From Chrysomallon squamiferum (Eukaryota > Animalia > Mollusca): DNA of 64,000 nt. Location: NCBI GenBank assembly GCA_012295275.1, contig CM022667.1, positions 17,112,001 to 17,176,000 on the forward strand, read 5' to 3'. This document shows, piece by piece, positions 14,443-27,361 of this stretch; position 1 is the stretch's first letter, and each line of letters begins with the position of its first letter. The translations under genes were made by a program, and so were the position numbers. Under the pieces are notes generated by a model, which did not search any database, had not been told where the DNA came from, and saw nothing but the letters and a program-made list of their open reading frames with translations.

Positions 14443-16276
14443 TGTGTGTGTGTCCTGCATCTTGTTGTATCTCCTTTTAATTACATTGTGTGCATTGTAA
14501 TAAATTACAATAAGGCTCTATTAATTAGGCTCGGCACATGGACGTAATTATAGACAAGAACAAAAACACACATACACGCACAGACACACAGTCACAAATG
14601 CAAAATAAGACACATACACGTTTATACACAGGCAAAACATACACTCACATACACACAAAATCCCATCCTTTCTTCGACTGTGATCGGTCTGTAAACGGTA
14701 AAATGTAACCATTTACAACCGACATGACACAAACTGAATCTCAAATCAGAGCTTTTGACGCGGTGTATTTGATATTCCCACTGATTACCATGAAGTGCCG
14801 CAAGCGAAAAAAAAAAAAAAAAAAATTCTTTCAAATAAAACAGTTTCTCTTCCGAGGTACAATGGCTGCTTGTTTAAACACAAACGGTTCTAACAGACTG
14901 GTGTTTGCTTCCGCGAGGCGCTGTTTATTAACGCATTTAAGCCTCACATTAAATCGACTGGTTTCCGGACGTTCCTTGCTCAATAGTCAGACATGCAGGT
15001 GTCTGCGGAACAATGGACGGAGAGTCGGTGAACGCTTCGATCGCAAATAAAGAGAATGTAAAACTAGTAAATACAAGAAATGAAGGAGTAAACAAATTAC
15101 TGACCATTGTTCAGACCTAATGACCCCACATTAATGGTTGGTACGGCTTCGACAATGCGCTATCCAGTTTGTTTGAGTTTCGATTTTCATAGCCTGTTAT
15201 CCTTCGTTTTGATCTTCGAGCTTGTAACAGAACCACAGTCTTCCCAAATTAGCTACCAATCCACACCATGAATCAGTTTTAAATTAAGATAATTGATTAA
15301 AAAGATATCTTTATTTTAAGTGTTTTTATTTTATTTTTTATGACATAACTTAGAACTATTTAAAGATTAATACCAATGTCTATATACTGTCTAATTATGT
15401 ATTTTATATGTGTTTTAAATGCAGTTAAATGACAATGAATTTTTTTGTCTGGAGACTGCTCTGTTGGTTATAGTAACGTATCTATTTGTTCTTAATTTCA
15501 TAGAGAACAAGATTTTTTCTTTTGTATTTATTTATTTATTTATTTATTGTAAATATACAAGCGAATTTAGAAAACCTTATGCAGGCCTCTCGTTAAACCC
15601 GTGATTACAATTTGTTCAGGTGTTAAAATTACCATAACGAATACTTTGATTTAACTCCAGCATTGTGCAGTGATAAAAAAGGGAGTTAATTATGACGTAA
15701 CAGCCTATGATCGGAATGAGGCTATTACAGTTGGACTCTCTCGTCATAACGTAATGAGGTAACCGGATGTCAGTTAGAGATGAAACAGAAGCGAGGCTTT
15801 GAAATGACGTAATAAAAGAAATTATCATTCAGTTTCGTCTCATTATTATTAAGGAAAACCAGAGATGTATGAGAAAATTAATCTGAGGATTATTCATTTC
15901 TTTATCTCAGTTTTCTTCTGTTGACAGGCATAATATGATTTGTTGTTAGGAAGATAATTTATACATAACAGTAAAAACCTATTTTGTTTAATGTCACTAT
16001 TAGAGTACATTAATTAATTTTCTATCACGTGAGATGTCACATTTCTATTGTAATTGGATTTATTTTTTATACGAGCAATTTAAATAACAGAAATTATTTT
16101 TTAACTGGTTACAAAATAAAAATAAAAAAAAAATTATTTCTGTAACTATAAACATTCATTAAATTCATTACATTAATTTCCCGAAAAAGGCTTGAAATAT
16201 GTTTGAAATTTTGATATATCTGTAAAAGTGAGAAAAACTGAAAGAGAAGGAATGAATCCATGCCACCCAACACAAA

Positions 16277-16308
<32 letters not shown>

Positions 16309-16488
16309 AAAAACGAGAAAGAGGAATCATAAAATAGAATGAAATAAGGAAGAAATGAAAGTAATAAAACATTGCTGAAAACAAAAAATATGCGTCAAAA
16401 TAAAAGAAGAAATAAATTAAAAACTAAAGAAAAGTAAAAAAAAAAGAAAGAAAAGAAATAGAAAAGAAACAGCGAATACAAGAAATTA

Positions 16489-16542
<54 letters not shown>

Positions 16543-16921
16543 GACAGAAAAGAAATAAATAAAATGAGATGAAGGGGAGAAGGAAGAAGGAGAAAAACGT
16601 GTAAGGATAATAATAATAATACGAAATTTCCTAAAATTGGCGCCTCTTCGTTGATAGAAGGCTGCCATTCTTAGACAAACTTTATTTAAAGCCATTTAAT
16701 TTCCTCTCGAGAGTTTTACAAAGACTCAGAGTGCAAACACAAAGTGCGCTGATTGTGAAACCCCGGGGCTGGAGCGAGCGAGGGCAGTTCCGTGTTAATC
16801 GAGATGGCAGGGGCAGGACTTGACCCGCCTCACGAAAAGTACCGTGATGTGGTCTTCTGTCTTAATCGTGTCAAATGATGACATATATTACAGATAGAAA
16901 ATTTTCCTCAATTCATTTTTA

Positions 16922-16989
<68 letters not shown>

Positions 16990-17080
16990 TACTACTACTA
17001 CTACTAATAATAATAATAACAAAAGGAACAAAACAAAAACAACGACTATAATAAATAAATAAATAAAATAATAATGAACT

Positions 17081-17162
17081 AATAATAAAAATTATAATAA
17101 TAAATTTTATAATAATAAAAATTATAATAATAAATTTTATAATAATAAAAATTATAATAAAA
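17081..17162. repeat. 30-bp AT-only tandem repeat, about 2.7 copies
   Basis: AATAATAAAAATTATAATAATAAATTTTAT starts at 17081, 17111 and 17141. Confidence 0.85.
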
Positions 17163-17193
<31 letters not shown>

Positions 17194-17516
17194 ATACTTC
17201 AATCGAAATGAAATGAAAACAAAATAAAAATAATTATTCACTAGCTTGGCCATATGAGCCTTTTCACAGTTCGGGTCACATTTGTGTTAAGTGTTTATCT
17301 CCGATTACTGGCAGTCCTCTTGACGGCCGTTTGTTAACTCGAGGCGAGAACTTGTTCATTTCTAGACTCGCCACTCGTCGTAACAGTCATTCAAGACGGC
17401 TTGTGTAAAACCCCAGGGTGTTATGTAAAATTCGGAATCGTTATAAACTATTTATTTTACGGAAATTGCCGAAGTAATAAAAATATTCTGGCGTCAGAGT
17501 TTGTGTCTCGTTTCAA

Positions 17517-17547
<31 letters not shown>

Positions 17548-18063
17548 GCAGGATTATTAAATAAAAAAAAAAAGTGAATAATAAGTGAATAAAAGACAAG
17601 AAGTAAAGAATGATTCCCCACTCACCAAAAAAAAAAAAAAAAAAAAAAAAAAAGATTGAAAAGAAAGAAAAAAGATGATACAAAAGATATTAAACTGCAC
17701 TTGTTTTAGGTTTTGAAAGTAGTTCTCGATTAACAAGCCGGTCTGATAGTGCGAGTAGTTAACATATGTATATCAGAGACACTAAATAGGCAGAAGAAAA
17801 GAGAAACAATTTATAAATTTATTTTTTCTTTCTTTCTTTTTTTTTTTTTTTTTTTTTTTACACTTAATAAATAAATAAACTTTAAAAAAAATTAAACTGA
17901 AATAACATCATAAAAATAAATAAATATTTAAAAATAAAATAAAAAAAAGTAAACATGAAAAGATAACCGCTACAAGTTGTCTCCGAACTTCCGCTGCTTC
18001 GGGGCGACTGGGCGCGCGTCGTGTTCTACAACCTGCGCAGATCAGTGCGCGGTGGCCACACAG

Positions 18064-18072
18064 GACCACCCA
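18064..18072 (+). promoter_or_regulatory. Gli/Ci consensus binding site GACCACCCA in a GC-rich island
   Basis: Exact 9/9 match inside the CpG-rich island at about 17975-18175, roughly 9.3 kb downstream of the FoxL1 stop. Confidence 0.5.
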
Positions 18073-18939
18073 GCGAGAAAACTTGTCAGAAGAGGCGGAA
18101 ACACTGAAAATATGAACGGCGGAAAAAGACGATGTTGTTCAAAAATCACTCATCGCAATTTGACGTCGATGCCATATAATGATATCATTCTTTTTTTTTC
18201 TTCATTTTTTTTTTTTTTCTCTTTGAGTAACAAACACAAACGCCTTGAAATAACCTTGTTATTTGTGAAATAGTACATAATGAATGGTTGGGGGGATTTA
18301 TGTTACATAATCTAGTTTTTAAAAGTACTACTTAATGAAAGAGATGGAGGCGATTTTACTCAAAGTAGTTCTTGATGAAGGGATAGAGGGATCGTAGCTG
18401 AGTTGAAGGTTTAGCAACATTTTTAGTTTTTAAAAGTATTTCTCGATTTATGGACAGGTGGCATTAGGGTGATAATTTTGATAAAAATCCCTTGATAAAC
18501 GGAGAGAGGGGAAGAAGGGGGATTCTGAGTATACGGGGGATTCTGAGGGGGTATGCATGTAGAGAACAGACGCAATCAGACAGTGGTGGTCTTTCTGCTA
18601 TAAACGAATGAAAACAAATTGGAGCTGAAGAGAAAGTTTACGTCGATGTTTATCTGTTTAAATGTCACGTAAGAGTTTGTGGAAATGTCACGGAAAATGA
18701 CGATGAAAGACGAGTCGTGACGGCTGTCTAAAACCAGGCACGTGTTTAATGACGTGATACGTTTTGTTCATTCATTCATTCATTCTTTTTTCTTTTATCT
18801 ATCCTTGTTTACTCTCTTTTTACCTTTTTCTTGCCTTGATTTCTCAGTTTTGTTGTATAAGTCTTTTCCTTCACTGCAAGGTTTGCTTTTCTTCGATCGA
18901 TCATTTTCTTTTTTTACTGCCTTCATGTCATTTAAAAAA

Positions 18940-19525
18940 CTATTAGATAAGCCTGGACTCATACCAGTGTAACCAGTATATTAAAAACACTAACAGAAAG
19001 GACGAAACGCGTAACCTGTGTAACCAATATACTTTAAACAGTAACAGAAAGGCTGAGGGGTATAATCAGTATAATCAGTATATTTAAAACACTTTTAGAC
19101 AGGCCTCTTCTTTTAACCCAGTAATCACTACATTCTCTCTATAATATGGTCTTTCTCACCCTTGTAACAACAATACAGATAAGCTACAGGTGTAACATCA
19201 GAACAGCGTAACCCGTGTAACTCGTACGTAAAAACACCTCTGTTAAATAGGCCCGTATAACCGATGCAACCAATACCTGAAAACACTATTACTACAGTCA
19301 ATGTCGTAACCTGCGTAACCAAAACCTAACAGAAAATATCAGAAAGACCTGTTCGCGTAACCCGTGTAACCAGTGCCGCATATAAGACACACAACAATTA
19401 GGCTGTTAGCGTAACCCGTGTAACCAGTGCCGCATATAAGACACACAACAATTAGGCTGTTGGCGTAACCAGTAAATATAATTACGATCTCTATTAGACA
19501 GGTTCGCGCTCTATTACACGGGTTC
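18940..19525. repeat. Degenerate ~50-54 bp minisatellite, about 11 units, core GCGTAACCCGTGTAACCA
   Basis: Cores at about 19009, 19060, 19206, 19255, 19304, 19355, 19409 and 19463. The units at 19355 and 19409 are near-identical with period 54. An inverted core TTACACGGGTT lies at 19514-19524. Confidence 0.85.
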
Positions 19526-20190
19526 ATTGTGGTCATTGCGTGTGTTCTCAGCGATGATCGAATTGGCGAATCGTCAGAATACTTTGAGTAAACAGTTTCT
19601 TCACCCTATCCCCGTGTTAACAGTTTGCCATTCATACAGCAGTAAAAAGAATCACATTAAAATGTCAGTCGGCTTGCCGTATGTCAATACCTAGTGTGTA
19701 CGTTCTCAAGCAGCTAGCTCCGAAACGTAATAATAAAAAAAAGCTTCCGATGTTTGTTGTTTTCTGTCACTTGTCAACTGCTTGGAATGTGACCATTTAG
19801 AAGTCCAGCTGACGTCTCTCGAGATGAGGTTTCCGGGTAATTGACGTAACAGACCGAGTCGGATTGACAATTAGAAAACAAGACAGAGAAAACGAGGAAC
19901 GTTCCAGAATTAAAAAGAAGAAAAAATGTAAAGAAAAATATATCGTGATACTGTGGTTTTGGTGCGGCTTGTGTTTGTTGATATTTTCCTCAGCGTTTTA
20001 ATTAAGATGGTCTTTTGTTTGTTGGTATATGGAAGTGGATAATATAGATATGTAATGAAGAGAGAATGAGTGAGAGAGAGAGAGAGATGTAGAGAGATAA
20101 CGAGAGATAAAATGGGTAAAGAAAACAACTAGGAAAGATAAAGATACGATGATGATAGAGAGAAAAAAAGATAGGTAAACATCAATCCTT

Positions 20191-20303
<113 letters not shown>

Positions 20304-20594
20304 GAGTGTAAGAAGAAAATAAGAAAAATAAATGTATTATATTACATAGACATTTGAACTGGATGGAAGTCAGTATTGAAATAAACTGAACTGGTTGTTG
20401 TTCGAGTGATCAGTAAGTAGTAAGAGTCATTACGTCCTGTCAGCAGTTTGTTTATTCTCACGTTGAGTAGTTCAGAGGCAGGATTGGTTATAGGATCAAG
20501 TGATAGCAGTAGCACTGGTAACAGTAGTAACTTAGTGCTTTTGTAGTTATAATAGTAATATATCTAATATAGACACTTCACGGAGGTAGATGTC

Positions 20595-20675
20595 ATGATG
20601 ATGATGATAAAAACAATGATAATGATAACGACAATAATAATAATAATAACAATAACAATAACAACAACAGTAATG

Positions 20676-20760
<85 letters not shown>

Positions 20761-20852
20761 TGATGATGATGATAGCAATGACCATAGTGATGGCGATGAT
20801 GATTATGATAATAATAATAATAATAATAACTATTATTGTAATAGCAATAATG
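20595..20852. repeat. (AAT)n/(GAT)n trinucleotide repeat tract
   Basis: Direct reading. Confidence 0.95.
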
Positions 20853-21491
20853 ACGACATGAAAGTGACAATACAAAATTAACAGAAATAAAATGAAGAAA
20901 AAGGAAACAAATTTAAAAGACATTACAGAAAGAAAGAGAAGCTGTTTTTCACACTGGGTGGTAAATTGAAACATGCAGCAGCTGTAACAACTCTGCAGTC
21001 ACGACGTGGTGAAACAAACACGTGAAATGTGTGTCCAGATCGAGTGGGTTTCAGTAAACTGTGTTTATCACTCTTCTAAATCGTTCAGCGCTCGCCAAAT
21101 TACGTCACGTCTCCGCCTGAAAATAAAACTTTGCCGAAGAAAAGTTAATCATCGTTTTAGATATAGATTTTTTATTTTCTTATGTGAATGGGTTGTTGAA
21201 TATATTATGTGAAATTATTTTATTTTATTTTATTTTATTATTATTATTTTTTTTTTTGTCAGTGGTTTGTTGATAAACTATTTGAAATCATTTTGTTTTG
21301 TTTTGTTTTGTTCTCTTTTATTTTATTTTATTTAATTAAATTAAATTAATTAATTAATTAAATTATTTATTTATTTTTTGTATTTTTAAATTCATTACTA
21401 TTATTCCTTTTTATTTTAATTCACATTTTACTACATTTCATATTATATAAAACTGAATACTAATATATATATATATATTTCCTTGTGTGTA

Positions 21492-21532
<41 letters not shown>

Positions 21533-22309
21533 ACATGTGTTAAAAATTAAAACATTAAAAATATTTTGACTGGGGACTTATACCTAAATGAAAAAAGAAT
21601 GAATCATTTGTATACTGAGGAATTTAATATTAAACATTTAAACTTCTTACATTCGGAAGTTATTATATTTATTAAATTATTTCTTATTTATTAACTGCAG
21701 TTGTATTATTATTATTAGTAATAATAATAATAGTATTTTCCTAGTACTACTACTATAGTAATATAGTAATATAGTAGTATAGATATAGTACTAGCAGTAA
21801 TCGTACTAAGAGGCAGTATAAGAAAAGATTGTTGTTCCTCTCAACAGATATGAACTGCAGTGAAATAAATTGCTTGTTTTATTTAATTTTTTAATTCTTA
21901 ATCTAAGCGAATATAAAAATAAAATAAAAAAATAAAACAAACATGAAATATACTCAGTGTTATATTTCAAATGCTGGGCGTATATGAGTAAAAATATAAA
22001 CTTCTTGAGAAAGTAAACAAAAATATGGTGGTTCTTCAAGTATCAAACGAGCCCATTTATCAGAACATAGCGAGCAAAGCTAGAATCTAGAAGCACTTAA
22101 AGTAAATACAGCGCAGATTATCGCAAACATACACACAAATAACAAAGTAACGGACGAAGGGAAATGTACATCTGATAATCAGGTTTTGTGAAATAAACAT
22201 GTCACCGCCCACGCCCCTCGTACATTTCATTCAGACCTGTGTGGCGCGTGCAGAGCGCGAGGCGCTGAAGACAGACACACAGCCGCTCCCCCACCCTCAG
22301 AAACAATCA

Positions 22310-22443
22310 AATAATAATAACAATAATAATAATAATAATAACAATAACAATAACAATAATAATAATAATAACAATAATAATAATAATAACAATAATAATA
22401 ATAATAATAAAAATAAAATGAATAATAATAAAAAAATAATAAT

Positions 22444-22490
<47 letters not shown>

Positions 22491-22551
22491 TAAAAATAAA
22501 ATTAATAATAATAATAATAATAACAATAATAATAATAATAATAATAATAAC

Positions 22552-22589
<38 letters not shown>

Positions 22590-22635
22590 TAAAAATAAAA
22601 TTAATAATAATAATAAAAAATAATATTAATAATTA

Positions 22636-22694
<59 letters not shown>
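22310..22694. repeat. Long imperfect (AAT)n tract
   Basis: Direct reading. Confidence 0.97.
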
Positions 22695-22695
<1 letters not shown>

Positions 22696-23027
22696 CTAAA
22701 ATAAAACGTGAAGCGAAAGGGATTTTTGAAAAGCAATGACTTCGAGACTTGTGTTGAGATTAGTTTTATGAAATGATCGTTGCTGGATAATGTAGACTTA
22801 CTGTGGTATAAGTTGTTAATTCGTTTTAATTAATTATTAGTATTAATGCTTTATAAACATATAACCTCACAGACAGACATACCCCATATATTCATGTATA
22901 GACTCAAATATGAGTGACACACAAACACACACCTACGTATATACATAAAGATACATAAATATTATACATAAACAAAATAATAATCATGCAAATATTAACT
23001 GAAAAGTAATAATAAATACACACACAC

Positions 23028-23066
<39 letters not shown>

Positions 23067-23160
23067 GCATATACATATGAAAATTCGTCATATGGGCTTA
23101 TTTTTATTTTGCTACTTTAGATATATGAAAATATTTTAAAAGATATCTGTAAACAACAAA

Positions 23161-23207
<47 letters not shown>

Positions 23208-23828
23208 CAATTGTTACAGAATAAAAATGATAATAAAAAGTGTCCTGATAGTAAAATAAATTATGTTCACAAACTCGAATAAATTTAAACAAATAACTTT
23301 ACCTTTTACAAACTGAAAATATCAGTCCAGAGACTAATAAATAATTCCATAATAAATAAACGAATGTCACTTCGTACTTAGCCGCCATTAATAGATGACG
23401 TTACTAAGAATATGCATTTATGACGTCATAATGCCGTGACCTTCGACCTCTTATTATGGAACCATTATTTGGTATTTAGTAGATCTGTTGTGATTACGTG
23501 GAATAGAAACATCGACTATTCCTGTTCGGACAAATATTAAATCTTCTTCACTAATCAGGAAAGGAATAGAGTGATTTTGATATATGTGAAGAGACAGGTA
23601 GGTCAGAGTGGATTATTATAAGGATAGTATCTTCAGAATGTAAACAAGTCAAATTTATGAATATCAAAATAAGCTTGAGATTTCTCCATAGACAAAATAT
23701 TGACTTATTTTCCTTGTTTTTACGTATTAAATCCTGAAATGAATGCGATAATATTATTTACTACTACTACTACTATAATTATAATAAATAAATAAATAAA
23801 TAAATAAGGCTTTTCTGTCATAATTATA

Positions 23829-23842
23829 AGCAGTAAGGGATC

Positions 23843-23849
<7 letters not shown>
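23829..23849 (-). mobile_element. Short SINE-like central-domain remnant
   Basis: AGCAGTAAGGGATCTTTTTAT, the reverse-strand counterpart of the 2927-2948 motif. Confidence 0.35.
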
Positions 23850-23912
<63 letters not shown>

Positions 23913-24354
23913 GGGGCTGTTGTTGTTGTTGTTTTCCTCATTCTTATCATCATCATCATCACTGTCGACAATAACTTTGTTGTAATTATCATCTTGTTGA
24001 TTGTTTTCCATTGATTTAGTCATCTGCAACATCATCATGGTCGTTCTAGTTACTTTTGTAAATTTTATTTTCAAAGTGTTCTTGCATTTTTCACAAAGGT
24101 TAAACTTTCTTTAGAACACATTAATTAATTTTATATACTGGCTGTGGGCACACAAATATCCTGAAATTCAGACACAGGGATTTATTTATTTACTTACTAA
24201 CATACTTTTTATATTTTTATTATTTTATTTTTAAATTATGATTATTTATTTATTACTTTTTCTTCGCAACTGTACAGAACAGAATCATTTACCACATCAG
24301 CTTTAATCACGATATCAAAATATTTCTTAAAATAATTAAATTTAATGAATTTGA

Positions 24355-24452
24355 AATCGGCAACAAATTATTTTATATCTTCTCACAGACCTTATAGACC
24401 TTCTCACAGACAGAAAGACAAAGATTTGATAAACCTGTTATGGTTCAGTGTT
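24355..24452 (-). mobile_element. Decayed SINE-like fragment
   Basis: TTTTATATCTTCTCACAGAC...CTCACAGACAGAAAGACA; related wording at 22866-22885 (CTCACAGACAGACATACC) and 13617-13641 (CTTTTTATATGCAGTATGCCACAG). Confidence 0.3.
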
Positions 24453-24768
24453 TTTTAAGTGAAAATCTATTACAAAAATAAATAGCTATTTGAATATGAA
24501 TAAAATGTAGGAAAAGAGAATGTGCTTATCTGACTGTATAATGCATTAGTTATTATATTAATTAATTAATTTTTAATTATATTTAAAATCTTGGGCCTTC
24601 TAAGAAAATAAATTAGAAATAAGATAAATTAAAATGATAACATAAAGTGTAATAGAATTTAAAAGACTGAGATATATTAATACATAATAAAAAAATTTAA
24701 TAAAAAAATAAATACATGAATAAATAAATATTTAAAAGAATGAATGAATGAATGAATTAACAAACAAA

Positions 24769-24819
<51 letters not shown>

Positions 24820-25293
24820 ACCAGAATTATTGTTTAGACAATAAGTACAAATTAACAGTAAGATCTATTTTACGAAATACTCGGCTATTTGAAAAGGCCG
24901 ACTGTATTTTATAAAATATTATTTAGAAATAATAAACAGATTAATGAAATGCTGAGTAAACTTGCTGTAGACATATATCTACATGATCTACTCCTCTGTG
25001 TGTGACAGTTTATTTGGCTTATATTCAAGTGTGTGTTGTCGTGTCTGTAGGAAAACTGATATTGAAATTACTGCTGTACATTCATTCAAGATTACGGTTA
25101 CGAAATATATTTGTTTTATAGTTTGTTTATTTTAGTTGGCGTTTGTATCACCTAGACACGAATGCATTTGTGCACACTTAAAGGATTAAGAAAGTTATTT
25201 CAAAATATAATAATTGTATCAATAATTAGTTTTTGAACACACACACACACACACACATCGAAATTAACAGTAATTTATATACACAAGCATATC

Positions 25294-25342
<49 letters not shown>

Positions 25343-25626
25343 ATATATATATATATAAAATGAAGATCCTAATATTATTCCAAATTTTCTACTGTACGTA
25401 TACACTACAATTTGATCTGAAACAATTTTAGCTGCAAACTTAAAAAAATTCTCAACAATCTTAAAAAGAAAGAAAAAATACAAACAAAACAAACAGTAAG
25501 CTTTGATAAATTATTATTTATAATTCAACACGATAAGAAGAAAAAGAAAAAAAGAAGAGAAACGAATTACAAGCCAAGCTGACAGTAAACAGAAAACAAC
25601 AAAGTTAAATACTTTTTTTAAATAAA

Positions 25627-25632
25627 TTTATT
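25627..25632 (-). terminator. Candidate FoxL1 polyadenylation signal
   Basis: Minus-strand AATAAA followed about 25-50 nt later by a GU/U-rich tract (TTTGTTGTTTTCTGTTTACTGT), at the end of a block of complex sequence. It would imply a 3'UTR of about 1.7 kb. AATAAA is very common in this DNA, so this is tentative. Confidence 0.3.
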
Positions 25633-25886
25633 TCTGCATTCAAAACAAATTCATTTATAAAACAGTTTCAGATTTTAAAACATTACGTAAAAAACCAGAT
25701 AGAAGCGAAGGCGAGATACATTTTTCTACACGTTGTGATAGCTGAAGTATAAACTGTAGATAACAGAACACTGATCAGCATTTCTGTTTAATTACAATAC
25801 ATCTCTCAGTCATGTCCATGTATTTTTGTTATTGTTGCTATTATTGTTGCTGTTATTATTATTATTAATTGTTTATTATTATTATT

Positions 25887-25928
<42 letters not shown>

Positions 25929-26893
25929 TAAATTAAATAATCAATCAGTCAAATAATCCAAATCAATAATCATTATTTATTTATTTTTTTTTTTTGCTTG
26001 TTTGTTTGTTTATTTGTTAATTTTGCAATTTCCTACATTTCTTTCATTTAGTTATAATCACAGGAAATATTTTATCAGTAATCACTTTATATCATATCGT
26101 GGCTAAAACAAACATTACTTCAATCACAATAATTAGTATCAGTTATAAAATAAATATTATACTTTAGATATTTTATCTTTTAACCTGAATTAGTCCAAAA
26201 TACTGGTAACAGTATCAACTCTAAATAATATGCAAAAGTTAGTCACTACTTAAAAAATGTTTAAGGATAGAAAAAACATTTTAAGTAATATAAATAGATT
26301 TATGCTGACAGTTATTAACAAGAAAATCCCTGATAAAATGATTTGAAGATGCAAACGTATATAAACATGTAGAGTCCCTACACTTTAAATTTTAAAATCT
26401 TGTAAGTATGTATATAAGGCGTTGTTGTTACAGTGTCATTAGCGATAAAGTGAACTTAACGATACTCGTAAAAGAACCTCAGTAACGTAACGCACAGAGC
26501 AGTGACAGTAATGTGTGCTGGGTTTAAACAACACTGTCATTAGCAATACGTTTTGTATAAAAGAAACAACAACCATTATTAAACCTATAAAAAAGTGAAT
26601 GAATTAATAACACATGGATACAGTCTGGAGTTATTTTTGCATAGATACTTTAAAAAAATACTTAGATACATCAGTTGTGCTTTACATTATTATTGTTCCA
26701 TTTGCATAGATTAAGATCTTCAAAAATAATGTTTCTATGTAGCAGTTAATTGCATAGATACATGAGTATATATCATGTAAAAATAATACTTATATTCTGA
26801 CATATAAAGAATTCTGTAAACATTAATCAAAATAATACTTATATTTATTGAAACACACACACACACACATGTTAATTTCGTGAAGTATTTAAA

Positions 26894-26948
26894 TGTCAGT
26901 TTCAGGGTAAATATCAAATATATCTTTACCCTGAAATTGATACTGACA
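26894..26948. repeat. Inverted repeat / hairpin in the presumptive FoxL1 3'UTR
   Basis: TTTCAGGGTAAA (26900-26911) and TTTACCCTGAAA (26925-26936) are perfect 12-bp inverted arms, extended by TGTCAGT/ACTGACA across a bulge. Confidence 0.75.
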
Positions 26949-27361
26949 CCAGTGATTTCTTAGGAGACGAAAAAAGATAATTTTGTATATCATTTGTTAA
27001 TTTGCGCATTGAAAAAAATAAAAAAATAAATAAATGAACCCAAATATAAACTAATAAGACAGTAACATAAAAACAAAATAAATGAAAATAAGAATAAAAA
27101 AATAAATTAACAAATAAATATAATATTAAAAATAAGAATAAAACAGAATACATTAGAGATATGCATCTATTTAAATAAATAAAACTAAATATATAAATAG
27201 ATATTAAAGCGAATAATAAAAAAAAATAAAATAAAATAGATTCAATTCAAAATCAACGCGAGAGAAATCATACCTAATTTTACAGTCAAATAATCAGTAA
27301 CATTATATATCTTCAGTTTCATTTGGTCATTCATTATTTAAAAAGTAAAAGTAAGAATACA

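Noticed and set aside
18940-19525. CRISPR array
   Set aside because: The spacers are homologous to each other (AAAACAC...AGACAGG), the cores are short and degenerate, there are no cas genes, and the context is eukaryotic.
26915-26945. miR-8-like sequence in the 3'UTR hairpin (TCAGGGTAAAGAT on the minus strand)
   Set aside because: It resembles only the 3' half of miR-8; the AATACTG seed is absent.
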